Shown here: positions 49,990 through 62,100 of the stretch, piece after piece
How positions within the stretch are numbered: the stretch's first letter is position 1
How the letters are laid out: each line of letters opens with the position of its first letter
Assembly: GCA_036172245.1 (NCBI GenBank)
Contig: JAYWIR010000051.1
Coordinates: 930,001 to 994,000 of the forward strand
Direction of reading: 5' to 3'
DNA from: Raillietiella orientalis
Taxonomy: Eukaryota
Length of the DNA: 64,000 nt
The notes under the pieces: generated by a model
What the model was told of the DNA's origin: nothing
Seen by the model: only the letters and a program-made list of their open reading frames with translations
Databases searched by the model: none
Position numbers and translations under genes: made by a program

Positions 49990-51050
49990 AATTAGGACTG
50001 ATGGAAATTTGACCTACTTGGTGTTCGAAGTGGCCAAGGCAAAACGGAACGAAGCATTTGGGCAGTAGGGAGGCAAGCGTTCTGGAGGAAGTGGATATTT
50101 GGAAATCAGGTACCTAAAATCGGGAATTTCTGCATCCGGCAATTCCACAAACTGCACTCATATGGGGAGGGAAATCGCTTCAGGCCTGAGGACATTCCGA
50201 CAAAGACATCAAAGACAAACTCCTGGATCAAGGGATGACCAAAGCCATATCGTCGGGCAGCATTGAGCCTCAGATGATTTCTTGCACAAGCCGTTCGATA
50301 CGCAAATGGTGGATCCATGGATCCACACGTGCAGTGCAGCCAAACCTTCTGCTGGTGCTGACATTGTCCACCAAAAATGGGGCGATTCAGATAGTCAGAA
50401 GGTGTGGAAGATGGAAGGAATCCTTAAGACACGCTCTCGACAGATGTATTTATAACCGAAGCATGGTCAAGGAAAGACATAAGGAACACTGGTGCTAACA
50501 GAAACGTGGGTCTGTAGCTGTGGGTGTCATCCGGACCATTCCGTTAATGAACTCAAAGCTGAGGACGAATAGCTCCTTCCAATGGGAAGCGGAAGTGCTC
50601 TTACTGATTCCGCTCGCCCCTTTGAGCATCCGAAAAAGCACTGCAAGAGGCGATACGGGAAAAAGGGGAACAAAACGAGCATCGGGAACTGACTCCTCAA
50701 ACCGCCGCCAAAGGAGTGTCTGCCGGAGTCAATAATGTCAATAATGAATTGCCGGAGGGAAAATTCTCAAGTAACAGGTGGAGAACGTCAGAAGGAGAGA
50801 TGGTATGTACGCTCCGGCACCCAGTATTCCCGGGATGCACATCGTTGTGGCCGTTCTCTTCCATGATTCCAGGCTCCATTAAAACATGTGCTCATACAAC
50901 TTATATATTTTCTTGATATCGTACGGTGGAGCGTTTCCTCACATCCTTGAAGTTTTGTGCAAGGGAATCGTTGTTGTGCTGCCAACGAACGTTGCTACAA
51001 CATGAGATGATCCGTGGCTTCAGTTTGAGAACAGATGCAACCGCTATATT
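49990..51050 (-). mobile_element. Degenerate Tc1/mariner-superfamily transposase relic
   Basis: AAQQRFP..., KKIYKLYEHMF (HTH-like N-terminus) and PWPLRTP (WPPRSPDL-like) in the right order; heavily frameshifted. Confidence 0.33.
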
Positions 51051-54000
51051 TGCTTTTCCACAGAGTTTCGAGTAATAATCACAAAGAACGACCAAGTTCA
51101 CTTTTCTCATCTTTGCATCTCAGGTTGCGGATCTTGACGGCCAACTCGATTAATCCGTCCGCCTTTCTTGTGCTTCTTCAAGCCGCAGAATCCACGGCTG
51201 TTTAACCCCCTAGCAGGTGCTAATCTGTCAAAGCTTGCACATGTTACAAGAAGTTAATAGAAACTTTTTAAGGAAGAATTCCTCTTGAAAGAGCACATCT
51301 TGAACATTCTCCGTTGCCGCAGTCATCCTTTCTGCAGAAATCACAAACATGAATGAAACAGTCAAAACCTGCTGGGTGCATTTCCTTAGCATCATCACAG
51401 TTGTAATGGCAATGGTTGGGTTTCTAACGCATTTCAATGCTGCAATATTAGGTAATTTGATTCTCACCCTTTGCTAGTATCTGCAAAATCAAAAGAATGT
51501 TCGTGGATGGTCTGAATCCTTTCCATCAAACAGTAAGAGTATTGATTTCAAGGGTATCGATTAAAAGTGCAAACAAACCAGTTCCGGTGAGGAATGGACA
51601 TGGAATCCGCTTAATTGAAATGAAACAGACATCCAATACCGAACACTCGGCATCATGCATCGCCTGTCACGGCGCCTTTGGAGAAACTGGTTGGCAGGTT
51701 GGTTGGTGGCTTGGGAGAGCGGGCAGTCTTCCGCTTGCAGCTGGCTTTGCAGCAGCGCCTTCGAAACACAAAAGGCTTTTCGTTTCGTCCTGACCACCCT
51801 CATCAACACCAGGTGAGGTTGAGAAGCCTGATATCAGATGCCGCTGTTGTTTACTAGGTTTCCCAGACTCCAATCCCTAACGCCCTCTCTGAATGAGGCG
51901 CGACGTTGCCTAGCACGCACTTGGAGGCCCTCCCCGGGACGGGAAACGCTCAGCCACGACGTGAACCACGTACCTGCGCACCGGTCGTGGGAGCAACGAT
52001 GCCGATCCTGCTGGTCTCCAAGCACACCACAGAAACCTCAAGCTGCGGGCGAGAGGAAGGAAAGAGGAGCGGTTTCTCTTTTTCGTCCTTTTTGGGAAGT
52101 CCTCGTTTCTGACGGAATCAGACTCGCAGGTCTCCTGTGAAGGCGTAAATCAGCCAAACAAATGTCCACGAAGGCATGGAGAACTCGAGCCAACGTCAAG
52201 GAACTGCCCGTCGGCGGTGATGTCTACTTTACTTGCGGTTTTCAGGAAATTTTACCTTTGCAGCGTCGCGCTGTGCGGCCGAGGCGAATTGTTTTCGGGC
52301 ACCGCCAGATCGAAGCAGCACATGAAACCACTCGGCTAGACTTCTCCAACCACTGGGAATGGTGCTTGGGATACTTCATGTTTTGTAAACGTAGTTGTGC
52401 TTATACTCAATCAGCTTCCACACAGCCGATTCTTGAACTTCCAGTCACATCTGTTTACAAGGATGCCTTTCGTTAGGGTGAAATTTAGTAGAAAGCACGC
52501 TTTCCGATCAGACACGGAGCTGGAGACCCACTATGTATTCATAAAGGAAAAGATAGGAGTGAAGCAACCTTTCGAATCTTGAAGGTGTTCTTCATGGATT
52601 GCTTGATCAAGTAAATATTATGGAAACACGTCAAACACGTCAAACGACTCTCCAAGCAGTTACGAGAAGAACAGAAAGAACGAATACAGATGCAAATGAT
52701 GTTGCAGATGCATTTAAAGACAGATAAATTGAATGAAAATTGAGACGTGTTGTCATGCATAAAGCACAATGCTGGACAAGCATTTGTGCAGTCTGTCTTC
52801 TTCCTAGATGCTAACTAAATCGATTTGGAGATGAAATCTTACAGTGATGCACCTATCCGTCCCAACTAACTTCAAAGCTGACACGAAACTTTGGAAGGCC
52901 CTTTCCAGTAAAGGGCTCCCTATAGGGTGCAAGCAGAAGATGTACCACTTTCTTGCAAAGAGATATCCATGGCATCCGGGATCGGAAATTGAGAATATTT
53001 GGGGAGCATTCAGTTGCTTCAAATGAAAGTAACAAATATAATGATCTTCAGCTTGGAATAACTGTTCGATTTGCATGTGTTGTGAAATGTGGCAAGCAGC
53101 TACCCTACAAATATACCAAAATGCAGCCCCTATATCTTCCTTTTTAACGTACGAATTTGTCGAAGAATGGGAATCAAGATCCCTGATGGCAAGTTCGCTT
53201 GCGATCATAAGGCAGTAGTGGAAAAGGTAAATAAACTGCGAGAACATTCCGGTGAAATACTCACCTAAACGTCCAACGTTGTGCAATTCCGCTCACTAAG
53301 CAGCGAAACCTAACTGAGCAGACTTTCAAATGAGATGAAGTGAAGCCCGAAACTATTCTGGAGATCCAGAGCACGTGTGGGCTCCTGCGTTTGAGATACC
53401 CACGCCGTCTCCTAAGGAGAGGAAAACGTCTGTTCAGCAATAGGTCCCCCCTTCTTCTTCTGATCTTGAAATGCGTCTGCTACCGCGCACAGACATTGCC
53501 CATTTCGTTCCCGAGAAATGACTCGGCGCAGATGAAGCCACCAATAGTGATTTTTCCATTTGCCTTCGCTTCCGTCTCCTTGCAGGGATGGTTTTGGAGG
53601 TGGCATACTAACCACGTGGGACCCCAGCATCTCGGGTACGTTCCTTCTCTACAACGCTTAACGAATTGGGGGAAACAGCTGATCACGTCCGAAGTGGAGT
53701 GGAAGCCGCCCTCTCATATGTACATCGGTGTCGAAGCTCCTTATGGTTCCAGGAACGACGTTACTTATGTAGAAATCGCGTGACCATTCGAGGAACCTTA
53801 ACCGGGAAGGGAAACGAGTGAGTTTGGGACCGATTTCCACAGCACGCGCGACCTTACCGCGGTGGTCTCCATTTGCCACTGGAGCTTCGCCTGTGCCTCT
53901 TCAGCGGAAACGCTTCCCTCTTTTTCGAATCCGCGATCTCTTCCAATCTCCACAGAGCCCGTGAACTCTGCGAGATCAGCCCTACGAACCAACAAGGCAT

Positions 54001-54557
54001 GCGAGGGCCCATCACCATCACCACCTCTTATCCACTTTCGTTTTCGCGGCTCTCGGAGATGGCTGCTGCGTCTGTGTGGCGCGACGGTTCCCGTAGGAAT
54101 GCGGCGGCCGCCGCTGCTCCCCTTCGAAATTCCGACGACCTTCCCGAGCTTCCCCCCCCCCCCCCCGGGAGAAAAGCGGCTCTTCTGCTCCCGTGCAACA
54201 GCAGCAACGGAGCTGCAACCGTTTGCAGCGAGCCCGGCCATTGCATCACCGCCCGTCCCTCCTGGCGAATGGGGCCTCGCGCGTGCCGCAGCAGGAATGC
54301 GTGTGTCCAAAAAAGTGTAAAGTACACAACACGAAGCACGTAGGCTGTGGGCTCGTGACGCATTCCATCCACGAATGCTTCGTACACGCATTGATCTTTT
54401 TGTGATTTCCCAGCAGCCCGACGGATCGACCCCCTTCGTTTTGAGCTTACTTACGGTTTACGAGCAGCCCTCATGCATAAAGCCTGTGCACTCCCGGTAT
54501 TTTGCAATTAGGATTTTGCTCATGGCGGAATTCGTCGTGTCCACTCCGTGGAGGTGT

Positions 54558-54608
54558 TCGTGTGTGTGTGTGTGTGTGTTTTTTTCCCTTTTTTTTTTTT
54601 TTTTTTTT
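54558..54608. repeat. (TG)n microsatellite followed by poly-T
   Basis: Visible directly. Confidence 0.85.
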
Positions 54609-57600
54609 CTTCTCTCTCGTTTCATGCTCCCAGCACGGTTGTGGCAACGGCTTTTTTGCCTTTCATTCTGGGCTCCATTATCATTATATGTTTGTATGTC
54701 TTCATGTCAATTTGCGTGCTCGTCGTGATTTTAGTTGCTCGTAATGTGATGGACGATGTGTTTGATGCTATGAAAGTTTGGAAGGCTACGTAACGAATAT
54801 CATTAGGAATAAAATTTCCCCAGGATAGGGGCAAATTTTCAAGGTTGAACTTTTGGAGTTTTTTGGAATGTTTGATTTTGCTTTGTGTAATTCCATCTCA
54901 TTCCGGAAAAGGTTGAGAATTGTTTGAATAAGAGCAACTTGGCTGAGTATAAATTAATCACCAAACAATTACCCTTTCTTCAATTTCCCTTCAATTACCC
55001 CTTCTTTCCCTGTTTTTCTTTGTAGTGAAGTATATTCCAAAGAAAAATGTGAAATGCATTCTACAGGGATAAAGATTCCTGGCATTCAGAATGGGCATTA
55101 ATTGACCTGTGTTTTGCTTTTCTTGTTTACACCGTTTCCCCTCCTCCATTACTTGCCACTTACAATATTGCACTTGCATTTGCATGAATAGAGTCCGTAA
55201 AAATTCAGATAATTGTGCAAGTGTAGTCCAATTTTAGACATTGCATATTACTATTTTTGACTGTTTGCTGGTATCATCAAAGATTTGTGAGCAGTGAATG
55301 TATAGCAGTTGTAAGGTTTTTCGACGTGGGTCTCAAAAATTTTGTCAATTTGTATGGAATCACTTATGAACTGTAAAAGTTTACTTGCAAATTTATATAT
55401 ATATATTGAATGCATTTGTAGATACATCTTTTTAATATTAAGTTAAATATTTGTTTCACATGATTGTTCCATTGTTCCATTTCTTTTAGGATGTGAAATA
55501 GATAATAAATGTTCTTCATAAATATAGTTTTGAGTGTCTGCCATTGTGGATTCAGAGAATCAATTAACAACAACACAATTATTTACCTCATTCAAGTCTC
55601 TGGTAATATAACAATATTCTATTCTTTGATTCTGTTGTTATTATTGTATTTAACAATACAAATTGCAAGTAGATTAAGAAATTCATGTTTCTTGTTTATT
55701 TAATGTTTTCCTGTTTATCAGTTTCATTTATAATAATTGATGAACACTTATATGGATTTCCTAAGTTTTGGTTTTAGGGCACCTACAAATTTGGTAACAA
55801 ACAAAAAAAAAAAAATGACAATTGCAGCTGAGCTGAAAAAACATATATAGAAATGGCCTTTAGTGTTAATTTAGAAGTGAGCATAATAAGGTGTCCAAAA
55901 ATTAGTCTGAAATGAATTTTGGAGCAGGAGAAATTACTAATGAATCAATTTGTTTTGATGATAAATGCATTAGGTTTCTTCAGTATTAAGTACTGAAAAA
56001 TTCAAATATTTCTGGGTGTGTGGTTAAATCAGTTGCAATGGAGGCATAATAACAAAATTTGGATATGTCATTCCAAGAATTCTGTGTTACAGATTTGGGA
56101 GTGTAGTTTGCAAGTGCATGTCCTTTAGTCATGAGGATAGGTAACCAAAAATGTTTTAGAAAGATTGATGAAGTTGAGTAATATCACAATAACAGAACTA
56201 TAAGCATTTGAAGTTGAAGTATTTTAAGAGTATCTGAGGATCAAAGAATACCTGAATGAAGAGTATGTGATGAAGTGTGTGCCCTAAATGATTGTTTGTA
56301 TCAAGTTTTATGTAATTTAGATAAATGAATAACCATTGTCTGATAGTGGATTGCATGTTGCCCAGTGTCATCATCTGAGAGTTGTCCTATTTGTGATTTC
56401 CATAACATTCGTACATTTTCTTAACGGTTTATGTTTTTAATTTTAGTTTTGCTTGTGTACTTTATTTTTGTGTGGCCACAGGGAACTGTATGATTAAGTT
56501 TTTTCTCTCCTGTTTAGCATTAAGGTTTACATTTGATGTTTTGTAATGGTACCTTCTGATATTTGATAAGTGAATAATTCATTGGTTTGTTTTTTCATGT
56601 TCATCCTGTTCCTCATTGTTTGCAATGTAATAGTCTTGATTTTCTTACCAAAAATAATTTGGGTTTATGCTGAAATGAAAGAAGGCATTGGAATCCCAAG
56701 CAGTGTAAAGAATTTATGAATTAGGGGCCACTTTGGAAAGTGATTGTCAAAATGGTTCTTTAAATGAAATTCAGATATTTAATTCATAATACTTTCAAAT
56801 GCTGGGATTAGTTTTTCTCGTGTTATACCCTGGCTGTTTTTTTTTTTGGTTGATTCTAATGAAGTTTTCCATTATCGGTAAAATATTCTAATTGTAGGTT
56901 GCTTGCCAAAAATTAACATTTTCCGCAGTACCAAAAATAATGCGATCTCCCAGAAAGATGTATTTAAATGTTCATGCATGCATGATTAAAAACTATTCAC
57001 TTTCATGAAGTTGTTGTACTTTGAATGTTTTTGTAGTTACAGCAGTAATGAAATCATCCATAATGGAATGCAGGATGTGTGTAATCATTTCTTTATTGAA
57101 GATTTGAGGTTTTACATGTAAATGTACTTACATGTAAAACCCACAGTGACAATTACCTGATGTTATTGATGTCGAAATCACATTTTTATTTTAATGTATT
57201 TGTTTTGCAATTGGGCCCATATCGGAACTGTAAAAAAGTCTTTGCAACTTTGTGATGCTTTCCTTGTTTGCTCCTTATTTGTAATAATTGTGAGAAAGAG
57301 ACCTTATGGGCCAGTGTTTTTTGACACATCTTGAGGAAAACACTGAACGGCCTCGGTTCTCAGATTGAAGTGTTAACAGTTTTGTGAAATATTGCGAAAG
57401 TTTTTGAAGTTAATTAAAAACATAAATACATTATTTGCTGCTTTCGTTTTAATTGCATCGTCACCAGCATAATGCAACGGATACTTGAGCATTGATTTGG
57501 TGAAGAATTCGCGAAAGTCAAGTAAAGATATCTGTAATGACATTCCGATTTTTGAAAGAAAACGAGCTAGTAAGTTTATTTAAATGACCACTAAAGTATT

Positions 57601-57940
57601 GTTTGTTTGTTTTTTTCTTTTTAATAAATGTTTCGTGCAGATTCATTTGGATCGTATGACTACTGAAAGACGATTTTTTTCTTAGATCTGTGCTAATTTT
57701 TTTTTTTTTTTTGGCTTGTTTATTAAGTCGTGGACTTCATCGGCGAGATTATTACAAGTAGTTCTGTAAACTTAGCGTGAATGTTTTCGTTTGCATTTTC
57801 GAAAGAATTGAGTTCCAGTTGTAGTCTGTACCAAACGAATGACAAAGTTGTCGATGGACTGTATCACTCTTGCATTTTGAATTGTACTGATGCTTTTTCA
57901 GTCTTTGGAAGAGACCCACTGTGGCACTTCTGTACTGGAA

Positions 57941-58176
57941 ATGCCTCGGGGTCGTAAACGCATAGAGACACCAGAAGTTAGAATGGATTTTATCCCGAAT
58001 TCCAAGAGACATAAAACGAACATTTCCCTGTAAGTTCTTTAAAATTCATACATCATCACAGAGGTGAAGAAATGGGGAAAAAGGAAACGAAAGTTAAAGC
58101 CCACTGAGCAGTTTTCCCAGTACATTCCATACGAAACCATGCTGCTTAATTTGTGCGATTGCAGTCCTTTTTGCGT

Positions 58177-58215
<39 letters not shown>

Positions 58216-59459
58216 TGTATGTGTGTATGTATGTATGTAGGTGTGTTTGCTTGCCTTTGCGCACTTTGCGGTAGCGGTAATTCCTTCTCTAATTACATCC
58301 AAGTTTATTGAGGCGATTTCTATTGAAAACGGGATTGCCAAGAGCAATTTTGGAAACTGCACCGCGAACTTACTGTTTTCGATTACCTGCTGCATTGTTT
58401 TTTTAGAAAAGCTATTTTCAGTTTTTTTTTCCTTGCGTAAGCTCAGAAGTGAGCATATATTGCGCTTTCGATGCATCATCGCATTAGTGAAATAGTTTCA
58501 TAATCTGTGTGCCAAGTTTAATTTAAACAACTTTGTAAAGTGTCTCGCGTCCTTAACAATCTTCATCCTGCAATAAGGGTTTTGTATAGTATGCCATAGT
58601 TTAAAAATGAAAAGGTAATTGCATGCACTGGTAAGATTTTCACTTCCGCTCTTATGTAATAATGCGCTTGATGCGAATATATTACAGCGGCTTCTTTAGC
58701 CCCAAATCAGAGCCAAGCAATAGTGGTTTCAGTCAGAAGAAATGTACAAGTTGGTTTCAAGAATACAGTTCACCAGAGGATCATGGCGTGATTGGTGCGA
58801 ATGTAACTGAGAAGAACTCAACAAAACATTACGTGCGTTTTAGGTCCAGAAGGCATGGAGAAATTTTGCAAAGATCTTATGGTTGATCCAGAAGATGTTG
58901 TCATGCTCGTGTTAGCATTTCGGATGAATGCATCGAACATGGGTTATTTCACGTTACAGGAATGGCTCAAAGGCCTATCAGAGCTTCAGTAAATTTTTTG
59001 ATATTTCTTTTATTGATACTCATTTCTTGCAAAGATGTGATAGCCTTCCCAAACTGCAAGGAAAGATAGATAACCTTAGACAGACATTGCAGGAACCTGT
59101 GGTATTCAAGAACACATATCGTTATGCCTTTGATTTTGCAAGAGTCAGTATTTGTGCATGCGTGTTTCATAATTATTTCTTTTTATTTGAAGGATAAGGA
59201 ACAGCGTTGTCTCGATATTGATATGGCACGATCCATGCTAACTTTACTCTTGGGACCACGCTGGCCTCTGTATAATGCTTTCCAGGAGTTTTTGGCACAC
59301 TCTAAATATCGTGTTTTGAATCGTGACCAATGGTGCAATATTCTTGAATTCTCACGTGCCATATCACCAGATCTTAGTAACTACGATGAAGATGGTGCAT
59401 GGCCTGTGCTTTTAGATGAGTTTGTTGAGTGGTATCGGAACTCTTTAGCACCATCATAG
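57941..59459 (+). CDS. DCUN1D5: DCN1-like protein 4/5 (cullin neddylation co-E3), 238 aa, 5 coding exons
   Basis: Exons 57941-58029, 58688-58794, 58844-58988, 59035-59143, 59193-59459; GT-AG introns, consistent phases, 717 nt. N-terminal basic [76 protein letters not shown] (PONY domain). The sequence cannot separate vertebrate DCUN1D4 from DCUN1D5; likely a co-ortholog of both. Confidence 0.95.
58175..58226. repeat. (TG)n/(TATG)n microsatellite in the DCN1-like intron
   Basis: Visible directly. Confidence 0.85.
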
Positions 59460-59515
59460 TAGCCCTTTTGTAGTTTTTAACTGATTCCCATTATGTGGCC
59501 ATCATCAAATCTGGG

Positions 59516-59529
59516 AATAAAGCAATAAA
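59516..59529 (+). promoter_or_regulatory. Tandem AATAAA polyadenylation signals of the DCN1-like gene
   Basis: Two AATAAA hexamers about 60 nt after the stop codon. Confidence 0.6.
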
Positions 59530-60126
59530 CATAAGTACTGATGGTGAATTCTTTCCTGCAATCCTTGCTTTGAGTTGGCCTGTTCTTTGTGATTAATGCT
59601 GTTACAACAACTTTTGCTAATTTTGGTTTTAAAGAATATCAGATGACTTTGTGAATGTTTAAATAAGCATGAAGTAGTGCCTTGCTGTTTATATTTTATG
59701 CTCTGGAAAGATTACTTGAAGAATGCTGGAATTAAATGTGTGAAGTTTTGTCCAGAACACCACTAAAATAAGTTAAGATGAATGCTGATTTTCTAAGTTA
59801 TTTTTTTTTTAATGTGAAGTATTGGTTGTCCTAATAACTATCATAATTGTTTTGCATTAAATGAAATTGTTGAGACAGAACTTTATGCTTCCTTTGACTT
59901 CATTTATTCATCTTTTTTAGCAGATCTATGTGAAAAACGTGTATCAACGTGGCCTTCCCCCCCTTCCCTCTGCCCCCCCCCCCCCCCCCAACATCACTAA
60001 CCTGCCTTATATTTATTGTTACATGTCATGTCTACATAAGTTCTCGAATTTTTGACAACAGTAATTTTCTCACATTGAACAACAAAGTATAGTAGTCCGC
60101 ATTCAGCCAATATTCCACCAAAATGT

Positions 60127-60157
<31 letters not shown>

Positions 60158-61161
60158 CGATGCTTCATGTAACAGAAAGTCATGTTAGAAAAATTTGCAT
60201 TCTTGGTATGCAGTAATAATACGGGAACTATAATTTGCTATATTCTATCGCCACTTGGGTTGATCAGAATCACATTTTAATAAGTTAGGATCATATAGCC
60301 CTAAATGTGCATCTGTAGAATTCTTACCTCCGGATTCTATATTTCAGATTTTCTGTTTTTGTAACAGAATGAATATGTAGGAAAAAGCACTACAGTAAAA
60401 TGTAGATGTAATGAAAGGAGGATTTGTTTGCCATGTTTTCCGATTTTCTGCAAACTTTGTGTTCTGTAATTTGCTTTTGGTAGAGTAGCCATTTTGATAA
60501 TTTTATAAGGTGGTTTTACATGTGAAATCATGGTTTTGTGTGAAGCAAGTGTTAACATAAATGAGGCTCTTCAAGAGCCTAGACTAGTAATTAACAAACT
60601 AGAAATTCAGAAAGAATTGTAGAATTGTATTTTGAAATCACTCAAGAAAATATATTCATGCTTTATCATGATAAACCATGAATTTATTTGCTCTCCAATT
60701 AATTAAAGCCTTTGGAATTAAGGCATTTCCACTATTAATATTACTCAATCTATTTGCATTAGAACATGAAACTAATCTGAGTAGTGAATATCAAATTCCT
60801 AAAATGTTTTGTCCATATTCAAGTGACCATGCATAACTTAAATCAGGCATTGCATTTCAGTGTCTCGAGGCTTCTTTTCCACTGAAGGATTGTTTCACAG
60901 CATGATGGGTGCACCATCTATGTACAAAGCATAAAAATTCTGTTTTTAAACTGGCTGCACACTGTGCTAACATGTATTCCATGGACAATTTGCTTTTGCA
61001 TTACAAATTTTATATTTACCATGCTGAAACTTTTTATGCTTGGGCTTTCATTCACTTGATTTTGTTGCCTAATTTAGATTGATCATCAGTGTCAGAACCC
61101 CAAGAATCAAAACATATATAGTAATTGAAGAGTGTGTTTCACATTAACTGTCATTTATGTA

Positions 61162-62100
61162 CAGGGCAGTATAAAACTTGAAATTGTCACCTTCTACTTT
61201 GTAGGATGTCAAGCAAGTTCTTCATTTTCAAAAAGAACCTGATCTCATTTTCAGTACTGTGTTAGAATGGGTACATACTGATTATGACAAAACCGAAGCA
61301 TTAATTCCCACAAGTACAATATGAAAACGACGTGTATATTTTGAAAACTCGTTTTATGATCATTAAATTTATGCAAGATTTTAAAGGCTATAAGATAAGA
61401 AAAATCGTCCAGAAGGAACTCGTCTGGAATCACCTGGAAATAAAAAGCACGAAAATGTCGTTACTTAACAAAGCAGCCGAAAAAAAATATTTGCAGTTTG
61501 CTATCAGCAACTTGCACTGGGGAAAAACAGCGTTGCAACTGCCTTGTCTATTTAAACAGCATTGAGACTGCGCCAGAAAGGCGGAATTTTCGTGGCCATC
61601 GAATTGTTGGAAGAGTTTTTGCTTATTGTCAGATCTGAAGACTCAGTCTGCCCCCTACGTGTTCAAGTACGGAGTGCCACTGTAAATTGGCAAGAACTTG
61701 TTGAAGCATGAAAAGTCCGATTTGGAGAGGGGCGGACGCGCGCAGATTGAGATTGGAAGCCGCTTTGTTGATTACTTTGCAGCATCCTTGTGGGTGTAAC
61801 TCTGCATACCAACATGATAAAAAAAGAATGCGGAGAATGCTTCATCCTTTCTGCCGATCATTCACTGTAAGATTGCAATGTTTATGGGCCGGATTCCTTG
61901 AGCGTACACTTCTTTTTAAGGTACACATGCTGCTTCGTGGGCCCCTTGATTGTCTTTTGGTCAAAACTCTACCTTATGAATGCATCTTTTGGGAATGTCA
62001 TTTTGCAATTTTCTCTCAGAACCCGAGGCAAGTTTGCACCAAGAATTCCATCTTAGGAATGCGAGACAGAATAGTGTGTACCTGCATGCAAGCCTGTCTC
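61162..62100 (+). mobile_element. Degenerate Tc1-like transposon
   Basis: Begins TA|CAGGGCAGTATAAAACTT (Tc1-type end). KIRKIVQKELVWNHLEIKSTKMSLLNKAAEKKYLQFAISNLHW resembles Tc1 'KKPLL....KRLxFA...HW'. Right boundary uncertain. Confidence 0.5.
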
